Below the pieces are notes generated by a model. It was given only the letters and a program-made list of their open reading frames with translations, ran no database searches and was not told the DNA's origin. DNA of 64,000 bases. It comes from Verrucomicrobiota bacterium. GTDB lineage: Bacteria > Verrucomicrobiota > Verrucomicrobiia > Opitutales > Cerasicoccaceae. The stretch is taken from positions 64,001 through 128,000 of the forward strand of contig JBCBUK010000011.1 in NCBI GenBank assembly GCA_039818205.1. The letters run 5' to 3'. Position numbers and translations under genes: made by a program. Shown here piece by piece: positions 1 to 8,335 of this stretch; the stretch's first letter is position 1; each line of letters starts with the position of its first letter.

Positions 1-2
1 TT

Positions 3-362
3 GCTCAGAACTTCGCGCAGGCGAACACGAATGCACGGCAGGATGCCCAAGCTAGCAATGATCTACTCGGCGGTATCATCGGCGCGGCCGGTGGAATCGC
101 TGGCGGTGCGCTCGCGATGTGTTGGGTCGCCCGTGCGGTCTACCGTGATCAGCGTTGGATGGTGTTCCGTGAATGGCTCCTGGAGCAAGCGCCCGAATGG
201 CTCAAGCTCGCGTATCTGCGATTTGGTCCGGAGCTTGCGCGCGCGCTTCGTTCCCAGCCGGAGAAACGCGATACCATGAGACTCGTTTTGGATCGAGCAC
301 AAGGCGGTGATCTAGCCGCGATGAACACCTTACATGAATCGCTGACGGAGTTTGCCCAATGA
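3..362 (+). CDS. C-terminal part of a putative phage ejection/internal virion protein with a CWVARAVY C-terminal domain (5' end outside window)
   Basis: The frame is open from position 3: AQNFAQANTNARQDAQASNDLLGGIIGAAGGIAGGALAM-CWVARAVY...WMVFREWLLEQAPEWLKLAYLRFG. A Gly/Ala-rich hydrophobic stretch precedes a CFI-box-like domain. Confidence 0.65.
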   Translation, partial: AQNFAQANTNARQDAQASNDLLGGIIGAAGGIAGGALAMCWVARAVYRDQRWMVFREWLLEQAPEWLKLAYLRFGPELARALRSQPEKRDTMRLVLDRAQGGDLAAMNTLHESLTEFAQ

Positions 363-1249
363 GTTTAGGAGCTAATATTGCACAGGCGGGCCAGGCTATC
401 GGCCAGGGTCTTTACCAAAGCGGCCAGCGCTCATCCGAGCGCAAACGGATGGAGACGATCTTGTTGGCTGCAGATCCAGACCGCTACGACAAGGATCGCT
501 TGGCGGATTTGAGCTTCGGTCAAGTTCAGGGAGAGATTGATGGTGTGTTGGCCCGGACGATGCGTGCCCGCGAAGAGGCGGATGCTCGCAGCCAGCAACT
601 CGAGATGCTTAAAAAACAACAGGACCTTTTGCTTGGCCGTCAGCGATTGGCTCAGGGCGAGGCATCCACTGCGCGAGCCCAACAAGATGGGACCGCATTG
701 CGAAACGCCTTTGCCGGCCCAGTGGCTCCCGGCGGTAGAGCACAGACTTTTGTGCAAGGCGGTGGCTCCAATGCCAGCATGCTATCGGGGCTGTTGGACT
801 TGGATCGCCGACAGACTCAGCCGAGCTTCGAGCCAGGTATCGTTGACGCCGCGACTCTCACAAATGATCCAGCGTTAGCCGAGGTCTTGGCGGGCACTCC
901 GATTCTCCGGCAGAATAGTGGCCAGGTTACTCCGCTCAAGGTTGATCAGGGCGGCACCAACACCCGCCAACTTGAGCAGGTCTTCACTCAGTTGAGTTCA
1001 GAGCGAGCCAGTTTGCTGGGTGGTTTTGATAAATTTGGCAATCCATTGACGGATGAGCAACGCGCCGCCGCTCTTAGTCGAGTCGAGAATGCGCAGCTGG
1101 CTGCGCTTGGGGAACTTTCCAAAGTCGATTCGAAGCGCGCGGAGATGTTGCGGAAAGCAATCAGTCGTGACGGTGTCACAGCGCGCCCCGTGGCCAATGC
1201 GCCCCAACAAACTTTCGATCCAAGCAAGGCACCCGGTCTCAACTTCTAG
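359..1249 (+). CDS. Putative phage internal virion/ejection protein
   Basis: 296 aa, Gln/Ala-rich and helical, N-terminus SLGANIAQAGQAIGQGL; translationally coupled to the upstream gene. Confidence 0.55.
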   Translation: MSLGANIAQAGQAIGQGLYQSGQRSSERKRMETILLAADPDRYDKDRLADLSFGQVQGEIDGVLARTMRAREEADARSQQLEMLKKQQDLLLGRQRLAQGEASTARAQQDGTALRNAFAGPVAPGGRAQTFVQGGGSNASMLSGLLDLDRRQTQPSFEPGIVDAATLTNDPALAEVLAGTPILRQNSGQVTPLKVDQGGTNTRQLEQVFTQLSSERASLLGGFDKFGNPLTDEQRAAALSRVENAQLAALGELSKVDSKRAEMLRKAISRDGVTARPVANAPQQTFDPSKAPGLNF

Positions 1250-1252
1250 CAA

Positions 1253-4200
1253 ATGAACAACGATAGCCAGTTTTCGGCGGAACCGGACCCGCTCAAACGG
1301 GCAGAACTGTTAGACCAATCATTTCGGCAAGCCTTCTCCAGTGATTCGCAGGTCGTTGCTTATTACCAAAGCTTGGACGACCAAGGGAAAGGGCAGTATG
1401 TTTCGCACCTAAGCGAACAGTTTAAGGCTAAGCATGCTGACGCCTTCCAGGTCGAGTTGGAACCCGCTCGAACTGAGACCCGCCAGATGCAGGGTCGTCT
1501 GATGTCCGGGACCAGCATTGAGGTAACCGTGCCCGCGAAAACGCGGCCGTTACTGAACATCGAAGCCGAGCGGTTTATCCAGGCCCTACCGAACCTGGAC
1601 CCAAGCAGCTTGGACGATGAAACCTTTGTCCAAACTATACCAGCCGTGCGTGGCTTTGCGGCGCAAGGTGTGATTTCGGATGAGGTCTCGGAGCGTTGGC
1701 GTCGGCAAGGGGAACATCGCATTGAAACGCGCAATGATAAGCTGCGTGAACAGCATGGGAAAGAGGTTACGCGCTTTGTTGGTCCTCTCGGAGAACCTGA
1801 AACCAAAGTGGTTCTCCCGTCTGGTATTGGGGCGCGCGATAGCATCGAAGGCACTGCGGCTAATGCAGGCGGCTCTGGCTTCCTCGAGCCATTTGCGCGG
1901 ATTGGGAGAAAGATTGTATCGGATCTCGACTCCTTGACTCCGACTCCGGATCCGGTTGCTGACTTTGCAAATTCGGCTAAGCCATTGAGAGAAGACGTCG
2001 ACCCGCTCGAGCGCGCCGTTCGTGGTGAGGTGATCGACGATTTCAATAGTCTGGGTGCGCTTTCAAATGCCCTTGCCTTGACCGTGTTTGGCAGCGGGCC
2101 TGTAGCGGCCGCCCGGAATTTAACGGTGCCGCAACGGGTAGGAGCCTTCGCAGGCGTTGACGTTGCCGCCAGTATTCCGAGTGCGCCTGATTTGCCAGGG
2201 TTCACGACAGAAGCACTTGGTGTCGATCGAGAGAGCTTGCTTGGCCAAACGTTAACGGTGGGGGAGAACGTGGCATTGGGAGCGTTGATCAATACGTTCC
2301 AGGAAGTTTCGGCGGCCCGACGTGCGAAACAACAGCTGGCCGATATGAACCGCGAACAAGCGATCGAGTTTCTGGCCGAGGAATTGGAGCAACCAAACAG
2401 CGCTATAGCGGAGGCGTTGGCCCAGGGCGAACAGCTCTCGACAACACGCAGCGGCAACCAAGCTCTCGATGAGTTGACCGACTTGAAAGCCTTGGTGAGC
2501 GGTGACGAGGCGGCTCAGGTGAGGTTGGCCGCAAAGGAAGAATTTGCTGAGCGGGTGGAACTCGGTCGCCAGCAGGCCGCCGCCGCTGCCGAACAGGCGC
2601 GTATCTCCGAGCGAGCAGCGAAGGAACGTATCGCTGAGCAAACGGAGGCGGCCGCGAAAGAAATTCCGGATCCGGAGCCTGAGATTACTCAGCTGAGCGA
2701 AGACCGTCTGACAGCAATGGCCGAGGAGGGTAACGCGGCCGCCGCGAATGAGATTGAGCGCCGGGCCCTCGAAGGTGATTTGTTTGATCCGGCCGAAGAA
2801 CTCCAGGCGGTGATCAAGGAACTCGGTGGCCTTCCCACAAGCAAGAACTTGCGTGAGATTGGAGACCCGCTTGCCGGTGACGTCGCGACCTTTGAACAGT
2901 CGGTGAACCGCGGCCAACGTATGCGCCTTTTCAATGCGGAAGCGCGCCAGCTCGATGACCTGCGCCTAGGCTTGGAGGAGCGGGGGTTCAGTTTTCAGAC
3001 GGTTGATGACCTTTTCGTAGCTCTCGATGATAGCCTTCGTGGCGTCCGGCGTTTCCCAGACTTTGGAAATCATGCAGACTTTGCTGCCGCTCCAAAATCC
3101 AATGATCCCGGCTCTTCTGGGGATGGTGGCAACGGTCTCAGTAGTCAAAGCAAACGGTTCGTCCAGGATTTCTTCAATCGTTTACGCAATGCGAATGCGG
3201 AGAAGTTCGACGCACTACAGCTAGACTTCCTGGACGATCAGCAATGGTCCCGCTTTGCCCGGCGCAATCCAATAATGAATGACACGAACGCAGTCTATGC
3301 TTTCGGTGCCGGTCGCATTTTGTTCAAGGCGAGTGACGAAGCACTCAAGGGCGACGGGGTGGTTGATTTTCTTGTTCATGAAAGTGGGCATTTTGCGCAT
3401 GACTTCATCCTTGGTGATGATTTTGTCCGGGAGCAGTGGGTGAAGTTGAGCCCGGAGAAGCGCCAACAAGCCTGGAAAGCCTATGCCGGGCAATCCGCAC
3501 CGAGCGTCGACGACAATTTGTTGATCAACGATCCGACAGCCCGCCGGGAATGGGCCGCGATGCAGTTTGCTCGGGTGGTTCGCGGAGAGAGTGAACAATT
3601 GATCTCGGAGGGCGTAGACCGTGGTTTGGTCGACAAATTACAAGCCTGGTTCGAGGAGATCCGCCAAATCGTAAGCCAGTTCATTGGCGATGCCAACCTA
3701 ACGACGGATGAACTCGATCGCGTGATCATCGATCGCTTGCGCTATGCAGATCCAGAAGCGCTGCCGAGTGATGCGCTCGTAAAAAAAGAGCGAGGTGCGT
3801 TCACCAGCCAGAAGAAGCACGAGACGCTTAGCAAGGTTGCCCAGGGTCACACGACTGCCAGCGAGCAACAGTTTTTCACTCCGATTCCCAACAAGGTTAC
3901 GATTGCCGAGGCTCGCGAGATCATCGAGCGGGACGGAATCGAGAAAACAAAGCAGCGGGTATTGAGTCCGCAGAGTAACCTGCAGCCACGTCAGCGCGCC
4001 GTTTTGACTGAGGCCTTGGTCAACTACTACGATCGAGCCTACCAGGCCGCACTTCGCGCCGGGGATCCAGCTGCTCAACAGTTGCTCGATGAATTTATCA
4101 CCCTTGAAAGCGCTTATGTGCAACTGGGCACTCAGCTGGCTCAGGGGTTGCAGGCGTTTTCATTGAAGGGACTAAACCTAGTCCCTGAGAAATGGGTTCG

Positions 4201-6214
4201 CCAATACCGTAAGCTCCTGGAAGAAGCACAGGAAGCGCACAAGGCATCGAGGGGCCCCGCGCCCAAACCAAAGGATGATGGCACGCCGGGGTCATTTGAT
4301 TTCGACGAGTCAGTGGCGGCCGAGATCGAGCGCCGCGCTCAAGAAGCTCGCGAAACTCCGGAGGGATTCGCGCGCGCGGAGAAGCTGAACGACCTGCGTA
4401 AGTTTATCGCGTCCCAGGTCCCTGCCGGCCGGGGGGATTTGTTTATTTCTCTGGCTTATGCCTCGGTTTTGAGTGGACCACAGACGCAGCTCATAAATTT
4501 CAGTTCGACGAGTTTGCAAGGCCTCTCCGATGCGATGTCCGCTAGCATCACGAACCCGGCCGCTTTGCGTGATATCTGGGTCGGCTACTACCAAGGACTT
4601 GCCCGTGGGCTCAATGATGCCGTTGGCGTGCTGGGCAAGGGCATTCAGTACAAAGGCCAATTCCAGAAGCTCAGCGATATCCCGCCAATATTGGAAAGCC
4701 ACGTCTTCGTGGGCGGTCCCTGGAATCCGCTTAATTACGCCAAATTCGTTGGGCGCACCATGGGCGCCAGTGACATGTTGTTTTTCAGAGCGTCGGAGCA
4801 AAGCCGCTCTCGGGTCTTGGCCCGGCAGATTGCCAAGGAGGAGGGTCTTGCGGGAAATGCACTGAGTCGTCGAGTGAACCAGATCATGGGAACGACAACC
4901 GAGGCCCAGCAATCGGCCGCATCCCAAGCGAGTCGAGAAGGGTTCACCGGGATCGAACAGCGTCGGCGCATTGCCGAGATATTAGAGCAGGCTCGCCCGG
5001 AAGATCTTCGTCGGTCTGCGCAGAACTTTGCGCTGCGGTCGACCTACAACCAGGAGCCCGAGGGCTATCTAGGCATTATCGCCAAGGCCATGGCTCGATT
5101 GACTGAGCAGATCCCGTTGTTAAAGCTCGTGGTGCCTTTCACTCGCGTCGTGGCCAATGTTTCTAACCGCTTGATCGATTATTCACCCATTGGTTTTGCG
5201 CGTGCCTTCGTGAACCGTAAGGAACTGCTCGATGAAGGAACCGATGTTTTCCAGCAACAGCTTGCGCAGGCGTTCATGGGGACCACCGCGATGGGCTTGC
5301 TCGCCTGGCGCACGGCCGAGTATATCGACCACGAAGACCCGCCGTTCATGGTTACGGGGAAGGGGACCAATAATCTGTCCCGCGATCGACAGCTAGCGGC
5401 CGCTGGATGGCGTCCTTATGCCCTTAAGCTTGGCGATCGATACATCTCGTATAAGGAGACTCCCTTTGCCATGCCGTTGGCCATTGTGGGGAATTACTTT
5501 GATGCGGTGCGGTACCGAGAACTCTCCCAAGAAGCGGCCGCCGATCGAGCCGCCTACGCTTTGAGCCAACTACCACGTGTGATTCTCGACCAATCATTCC
5601 TGACCGGCATCCGCGATTTGTTCGAGGGGCTGAGCAGGGATCCTCTCACCCAAGAGAAAGGCTGGACCGAGCGTTTGGCCGGTAATGCTCGAAGCATCTT
5701 GATTCCGAACCTGGTTCGTCAGATCGACAAAATTTTTGACCCGAAGGTTTACACGGACGACAGCATCCAAGAGTTTCTGATTCGCGATATTCCGATCGTG
5801 CGTTCGCTCCATGGGAAACCGATTCTCAATTCTCTGGGCGAACCCATCCGTGCTAATTGGGAATTGAGCGAACGGGTTCTCCCGCGCTTCACGACCTTGG
5901 AGAAAAGTGATCCGGTATGGCGAGCGATCACCGAGCATGATGCCTGGCTGCCCGACTATCGGACGACAGCAACCTTGCACGAGATCGTCGACGGCCAGCT
6001 GGAAAAGAGGGACATGACTCCCGATGAATATTACAGCTATGTCCAGCGACGCGGTGAGCTAACACGGGAAATGCTTGAACCGATCGTTTCCCGGTTCAAT
6101 GAGATGCCCAAGGAAGCGGTTCAGGACACTATCCAAAGTATCTCGAATGCAGCCGGTGAACAGGCCCGCTCAGAGCTGCAAAATGCGGTTGGTTGGCGAC
6201 AATCTGACGATTGA
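1253..6214 (+). CDS. Giant phage internal virion / polyvalent-type protein with a zincin-like HExxH motif
   Basis: 1653 aa; LVHESGH...REWAA motif. The C-terminal region (VVPFTRVVANV, GWRPYALKLGDRYISY, DQSFLTGI, IPNLVRQIDKIFDP) resembles large podovirus ejection proteins. Confidence 0.7.
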   Translation: MNNDSQFSAEPDPLKRAELLDQSFRQAFSSDSQVVAYYQSLDDQGKGQYVSHLSEQFKAKHADAFQVELEPARTETRQMQGRLMSGTSIEVTVPAKTRPLLNIEAERFIQALPNLDPSSLDDETFVQTIPAVRGFAAQGVISDEVSERWRRQGEHRIETRNDKLREQHGKEVTRFVGPLGEPETKVVLPSGIGARDSIEGTAANAGGSGFLEPFARIGRKIVSDLDSLTPTPDPVADFANSAKPLREDVDPLERAVRGEVIDDFNSLGALSNALALTVFGSGPVAAARNLTVPQRVGAFAGVDVAASIPSAPDLPGFTTEALGVDRESLLGQTLTVGENVALGALINTFQEVSAARRAKQQLADMNREQAIEFLAEELEQPNSAIAEALAQGEQLSTTRSGNQALDELTDLKALVSGDEAAQVRLAAKEEFAERVELGRQQAAAAAEQARISERAAKERIAEQTEAAAKEIPDPEPEITQLSEDRLTAMAEEGNAAAANEIERRALEGDLFDPAEELQAVIKELGGLPTSKNLREIGDPLAGDVATFEQSVNRGQRMRLFNAEARQLDDLRLGLEERGFSFQTVDDLFVALDDSLRGVRRFPDFGNHADFAAAPKSNDPGSSGDGGNGLSSQSKRFVQDFFNRLRNANAEKFDALQLDFLDDQQWSRFARRNPIMNDTNAVYAFGAGRILFKASDEALKGDGVVDFLVHESGHFAHDFILGDDFVREQWVKLSPEKRQQAWKAYAGQSAPSVDDNLLINDPTARREWAAMQFARVVRGESEQLISEGVDRGLVDKLQAWFEEIRQIVSQFIGDANLTTDELDRVIIDRLRYADPEALPSDALVKKERGAFTSQKKHETLSKVAQGHTTASEQQFFTPIPNKVTIAEAREIIERDGIEKTKQRVLSPQSNLQPRQRAVLTEALVNYYDRAYQAALRAGDPAAQQLLDEFITLESAYVQLGTQLAQGLQAFSLKGLNLVPEKWVRQYRKLLEEAQEAHKASRGPAPKPKDDGTPGSFDFDESVAAEIERRAQEARETPEGFARAEKLNDLRKFIASQVPAGRGDLFISLAYASVLSGPQTQLINFSSTSLQGLSDAMSASITNPAALRDIWVGYYQGLARGLNDAVGVLGKGIQYKGQFQKLSDIPPILESHVFVGGPWNPLNYAKFVGRTMGASDMLFFRASEQSRSRVLARQIAKEEGLAGNALSRRVNQIMGTTTEAQQSAASQASREGFTGIEQRRRIAEILEQARPEDLRRSAQNFALRSTYNQEPEGYLGIIAKAMARLTEQIPLLKLVVPFTRVVANVSNRLIDYSPIGFARAFVNRKELLDEGTDVFQQQLAQAFMGTTAMGLLAWRTAEYIDHEDPPFMVTGKGTNNLSRDRQLAAAGWRPYALKLGDRYISYKETPFAMPLAIVGNYFDAVRYRELSQEAAADRAAYALSQLPRVILDQSFLTGIRDLFEGLSRDPLTQEKGWTERLAGNARSILIPNLVRQIDKIFDPKVYTDDSIQEFLIRDIPIVRSLHGKPILNSLGEPIRANWELSERVLPRFTTLEKSDPVWRAITEHDAWLPDYRTTATLHEIVDGQLEKRDMTPDEYYSYVQRRGELTREMLEPIVSRFNEMPKEAVQDTIQSISNAAGEQARSELQNAVGWRQSDD

Positions 6215-6236
6215 CGCCAAATTTGCCGCCAAGTTT
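6213..6236. repeat. Tandem 12-bp direct repeat, probable integrase arm-type sites
   Basis: gacgccaaattt / gccgccaagttt (10 of 12 identical), about 70 bp from the tRNA anticodon-loop junction; an inverted repeat ccctaag...cttaggg follows at 6248-6278. Confidence 0.6.
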
Positions 6237-6299
6237 TTCCACTAATTCCCTAAGTCTTTGTTATTCGGTCGCTTAGGGGGTGTTTTATTTTGCAAAAAT

Positions 6300-6341
6300 T
6301 TGCTTAAAAGGCAACTGCTCTACCGATTGAGCTACCGACCC
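6300..6341 (-). pseudogene. 5' half of tRNA-Lys(UUU), truncated at the prophage junction
   Basis: Minus strand reads GGGTCGG TA GCTC AATCGGTA GAGC A GTTGC CTTTTAA GCAA: 5' acceptor strand, D-arm and anticodon arm with TTT. It continues into AT-rich DNA with no T-arm and no 3' acceptor strand. Confidence 0.9.
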
Positions 6342-6495
6342 ATGATATTCATTTTCCACGTTTCCGTGTTATGGCGTTCGAGCATCTGAGCGTTTGAAAT
6401 TCGGTAAATTCGCCGAGTTCGATTGTCAGCTCCAACGAAGGTGTTCGATTGGATAATGCGGTGATTGCCTGCCTGAGAACGATGGAAAGCGGGTG

Positions 6496-6523
6496 ATCCT
6501 ACGATCGACTAGTCCTCAGTCAA
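6496..6523 (-). promoter_or_regulatory. Putative sigma70 promoter upstream of the tRNA-Lys half
   Basis: TTGACT-16 nt-TAGGAT on the minus strand. Confidence 0.5.
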
Positions 6524-6636
6524 GACGGAAAGTGCAATTCCTTTACTCCCGTTCGAGAGCCTTGCATTCGCCACCACTAGAGCGGGATTCGGTAGCTCGA
6601 AACTTCGAAGCGACCCGATATCTCACGCATTTGCAA

Positions 6637-7236
6637 CTAAGCCTTCGCTTCCGCCGCTTTCTTCTCCTGACGGCGACGACGGGCTTTGGTGATGCCGACT
6701 CCGGCCGCCAATGAAGCGAGGCCAGCTAGGGCAATCGTCGTCGCTGGTTCCGGAACAGGCACGCCGGCCAAAATTACGGAGCCAGGTGTGTCGTTATAGG
6801 CAGCTCCAATGAAAGTCACGGGACCTCCCGGTACGCCAAGGTCCATGCGAATCCATCCGGGCTGACCCAACGCAGTGATGAAGCCGAATGTAAAAACGCC
6901 TGAGGCGAAGGGTGGTATGCCGATATAGGAGCTAACGGGAGTGGCACCGGTGGTTATCGGAGAGCCGTAAGTAATGGGAAACGGTATCCAAGCTGAGATT
7001 CCGCCGCCTGTTCCCCCGATTGATTTGCCGCTGGTGTCGTTAAACGCGGTAAACGATCCGACGAATGTTCCAGGAGCGAGGAGAGCGTTGAAAACCGGAG
7101 CCAAGGACGTGCCGTTATAATCGATCTGTTTGACAAAGATGTCCAGATGGACAAGCGCTCCATTTGCGGGGACTCCGGCAAGGACAACGCCTGATAGCGC
7201 CGCGCCGTAGGCAAAGTTTTTGTTAGTAGAATTCAT
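6637..7236 (-). CDS. PEP-CTERM sorting-domain surface protein
   Basis: N-terminal signal peptide; C-terminal VPEP, hydrophobic helix and basic tail (RRRRQEKK). Confidence 0.85.
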   Translation of the reverse strand: MNSTNKNFAYGAALSGVVLAGVPANGALVHLDIFVKQIDYNGTSLAPVFNALLAPGTFVGSFTAFNDTSGKSIGGTGGGISAWIPFPITYGSPITTGATPVSSYIGIPPFASGVFTFGFITALGQPGWIRMDLGVPGGPVTFIGAAYNDTPGSVILAGVPVPEPATTIALAGLASLAAGVGITKARRRRQEKKAAEAKA

Positions 7237-7509
7237 GGTGCAGTCTCCTTAGTTTTCATGATACTTTTACCTTAGGACGGAAAAGTCCAGTTGTTAATGA
7301 AATATTAAATTCATCTAACTTGGGGACATCCTGGGCAGATGGAAGGCACTTTGAGCCTGGTTCCGAATGCCAGGGGGGTATGCTCGCTTATCGCCTCAAA
7401 TTGGAATTTCCTGGGTAATTGACACTATTTTATCAACTCAGCTTAACTACTCAAGAATAGCGTCGAAATAACTGATAGCGGTCAACCACAACTTGGCAAA
7501 CGGCTATCT

Positions 7510-8232
7510 ATGGTGTTGAATTCCCTCATGCTGCTATACGAATCGAAAAGTGCTTGGCGTCAGGCACTCCTCGCCGCTTACCTGCGTCGCAAATTTCGAC
7601 AGCGCTTTTACTCTGTTCGGGTTAGTGGGTTCGACGGGTGGCAAGATTGGCTTGAGCGAGAAGATTCCTATCCATTAGTGCTTTTCGGAAACCACCAGAC
7701 TTGGTGGGATGGCTTGCTCGATTTTATGCTCACCAGGCATCATCAAATGGATTCGCGTTTGATGATGGAGGCCAAGAATCTCCGCAAATTTCCGTTTTTT
7801 CAGAAGTGCGGCGTGTTTGGGGTCGACCTTGATTCCGCTCGGAGCCGGGCAGAGGGCTTGCTCCACGCCTGCCGCTTGCTGGATGGAGAAAGTTCGCGCC
7901 GGTGCTTAATCATTTATCCTCATGGTCGATTGATTCCTCAGTGGGAAAAGACTCCAGAATTGCAGCCAGGCTTGGCGAAAATTTTGGAACGCGTTCCCCA
8001 GGCAAACGCGATTCCGGTTTTTCGACAGTTTACTTTTGGAAAGCATGAATTGCCAGAAGTGGAAATTCATATCGGAACACCGTTGGTCAGAGACGATCCT
8101 CGGGGGACTAAAGAACTGAATGATGCGCTTCATTTTGCTAAAGAAGCGCTAAACTCTCGACTCTCTGGTAATTTAGATGGATTTGTTCACTTTCTTTCCC
8201 ATCCTGTAAATCGCTTGCGCGGAGAAACTTAA
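7510..8232 (+). CDS. Lysophospholipid/glycerol acyltransferase (PlsC-like) family protein
   Basis: NHQTWWD (HxxxxD) and IYPHG motifs. Confidence 0.85.
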   Translation: MVLNSLMLLYESKSAWRQALLAAYLRRKFRQRFYSVRVSGFDGWQDWLEREDSYPLVLFGNHQTWWDGLLDFMLTRHHQMDSRLMMEAKNLRKFPFFQKCGVFGVDLDSARSRAEGLLHACRLLDGESSRRCLIIYPHGRLIPQWEKTPELQPGLAKILERVPQANAIPVFRQFTFGKHELPEVEIHIGTPLVRDDPRGTKELNDALHFAKEALNSRLSGNLDGFVHFLSHPVNRLRGET

Positions 8233-8237
8233 GATCG

Positions 8238-8267
8238 TTGACGAACCGTTTTTATAGATGCTAGAAT
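8238..8267 (+). promoter_or_regulatory. Putative sigma70 promoter of the rhodopsin-like gene
   Basis: TTGACG-18 nt-TAGAAT with an extended -10 TG. Confidence 0.5.
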
Positions 8268-8335
8268 TTTCCTTTACGCACTTGTAAAATTTCGTAAAAT
8301 AAAACGCCCGAATCAATTAAATTTAATCCTGAACC

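Larger units (their letters stand above)
1..6310 (+). mobile_element. Right end of a podovirus-like prophage (ejection-protein module plus att junction in tRNA-Lys)
   Basis: Three tightly packed co-oriented phage-like ORFs (ATGA overlap at 359-362, 3-bp gap before 1253) are followed by tandem 12-bp arm-type repeats and a half tRNA. No integrase is in the window. Confidence 0.8.

Noticed and set aside
1363..2457. 364-aa minus-strand ORF, and similar long shadow ORFs such as 11925-12905, 47401-48324 and 51200-52249
   Set aside because: They lie antisense to well-supported genes and have no recognisable motifs, as expected in GC-rich coding DNA.
6240..6299. Possible intron or divergent 3' half completing the tRNA-Lys
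   Set aside because: No T-loop (GTTCRA), acceptor complement or group I intron core is visible before the phage gene begins.
7297..7318. aaatattaaattcatcta resembles 54112-54130 and might be a shared operator or dif site
   Set aside because: It is a low-complexity AT-rich match with only two copies and a poor fit to the XerC/XerD consensus.
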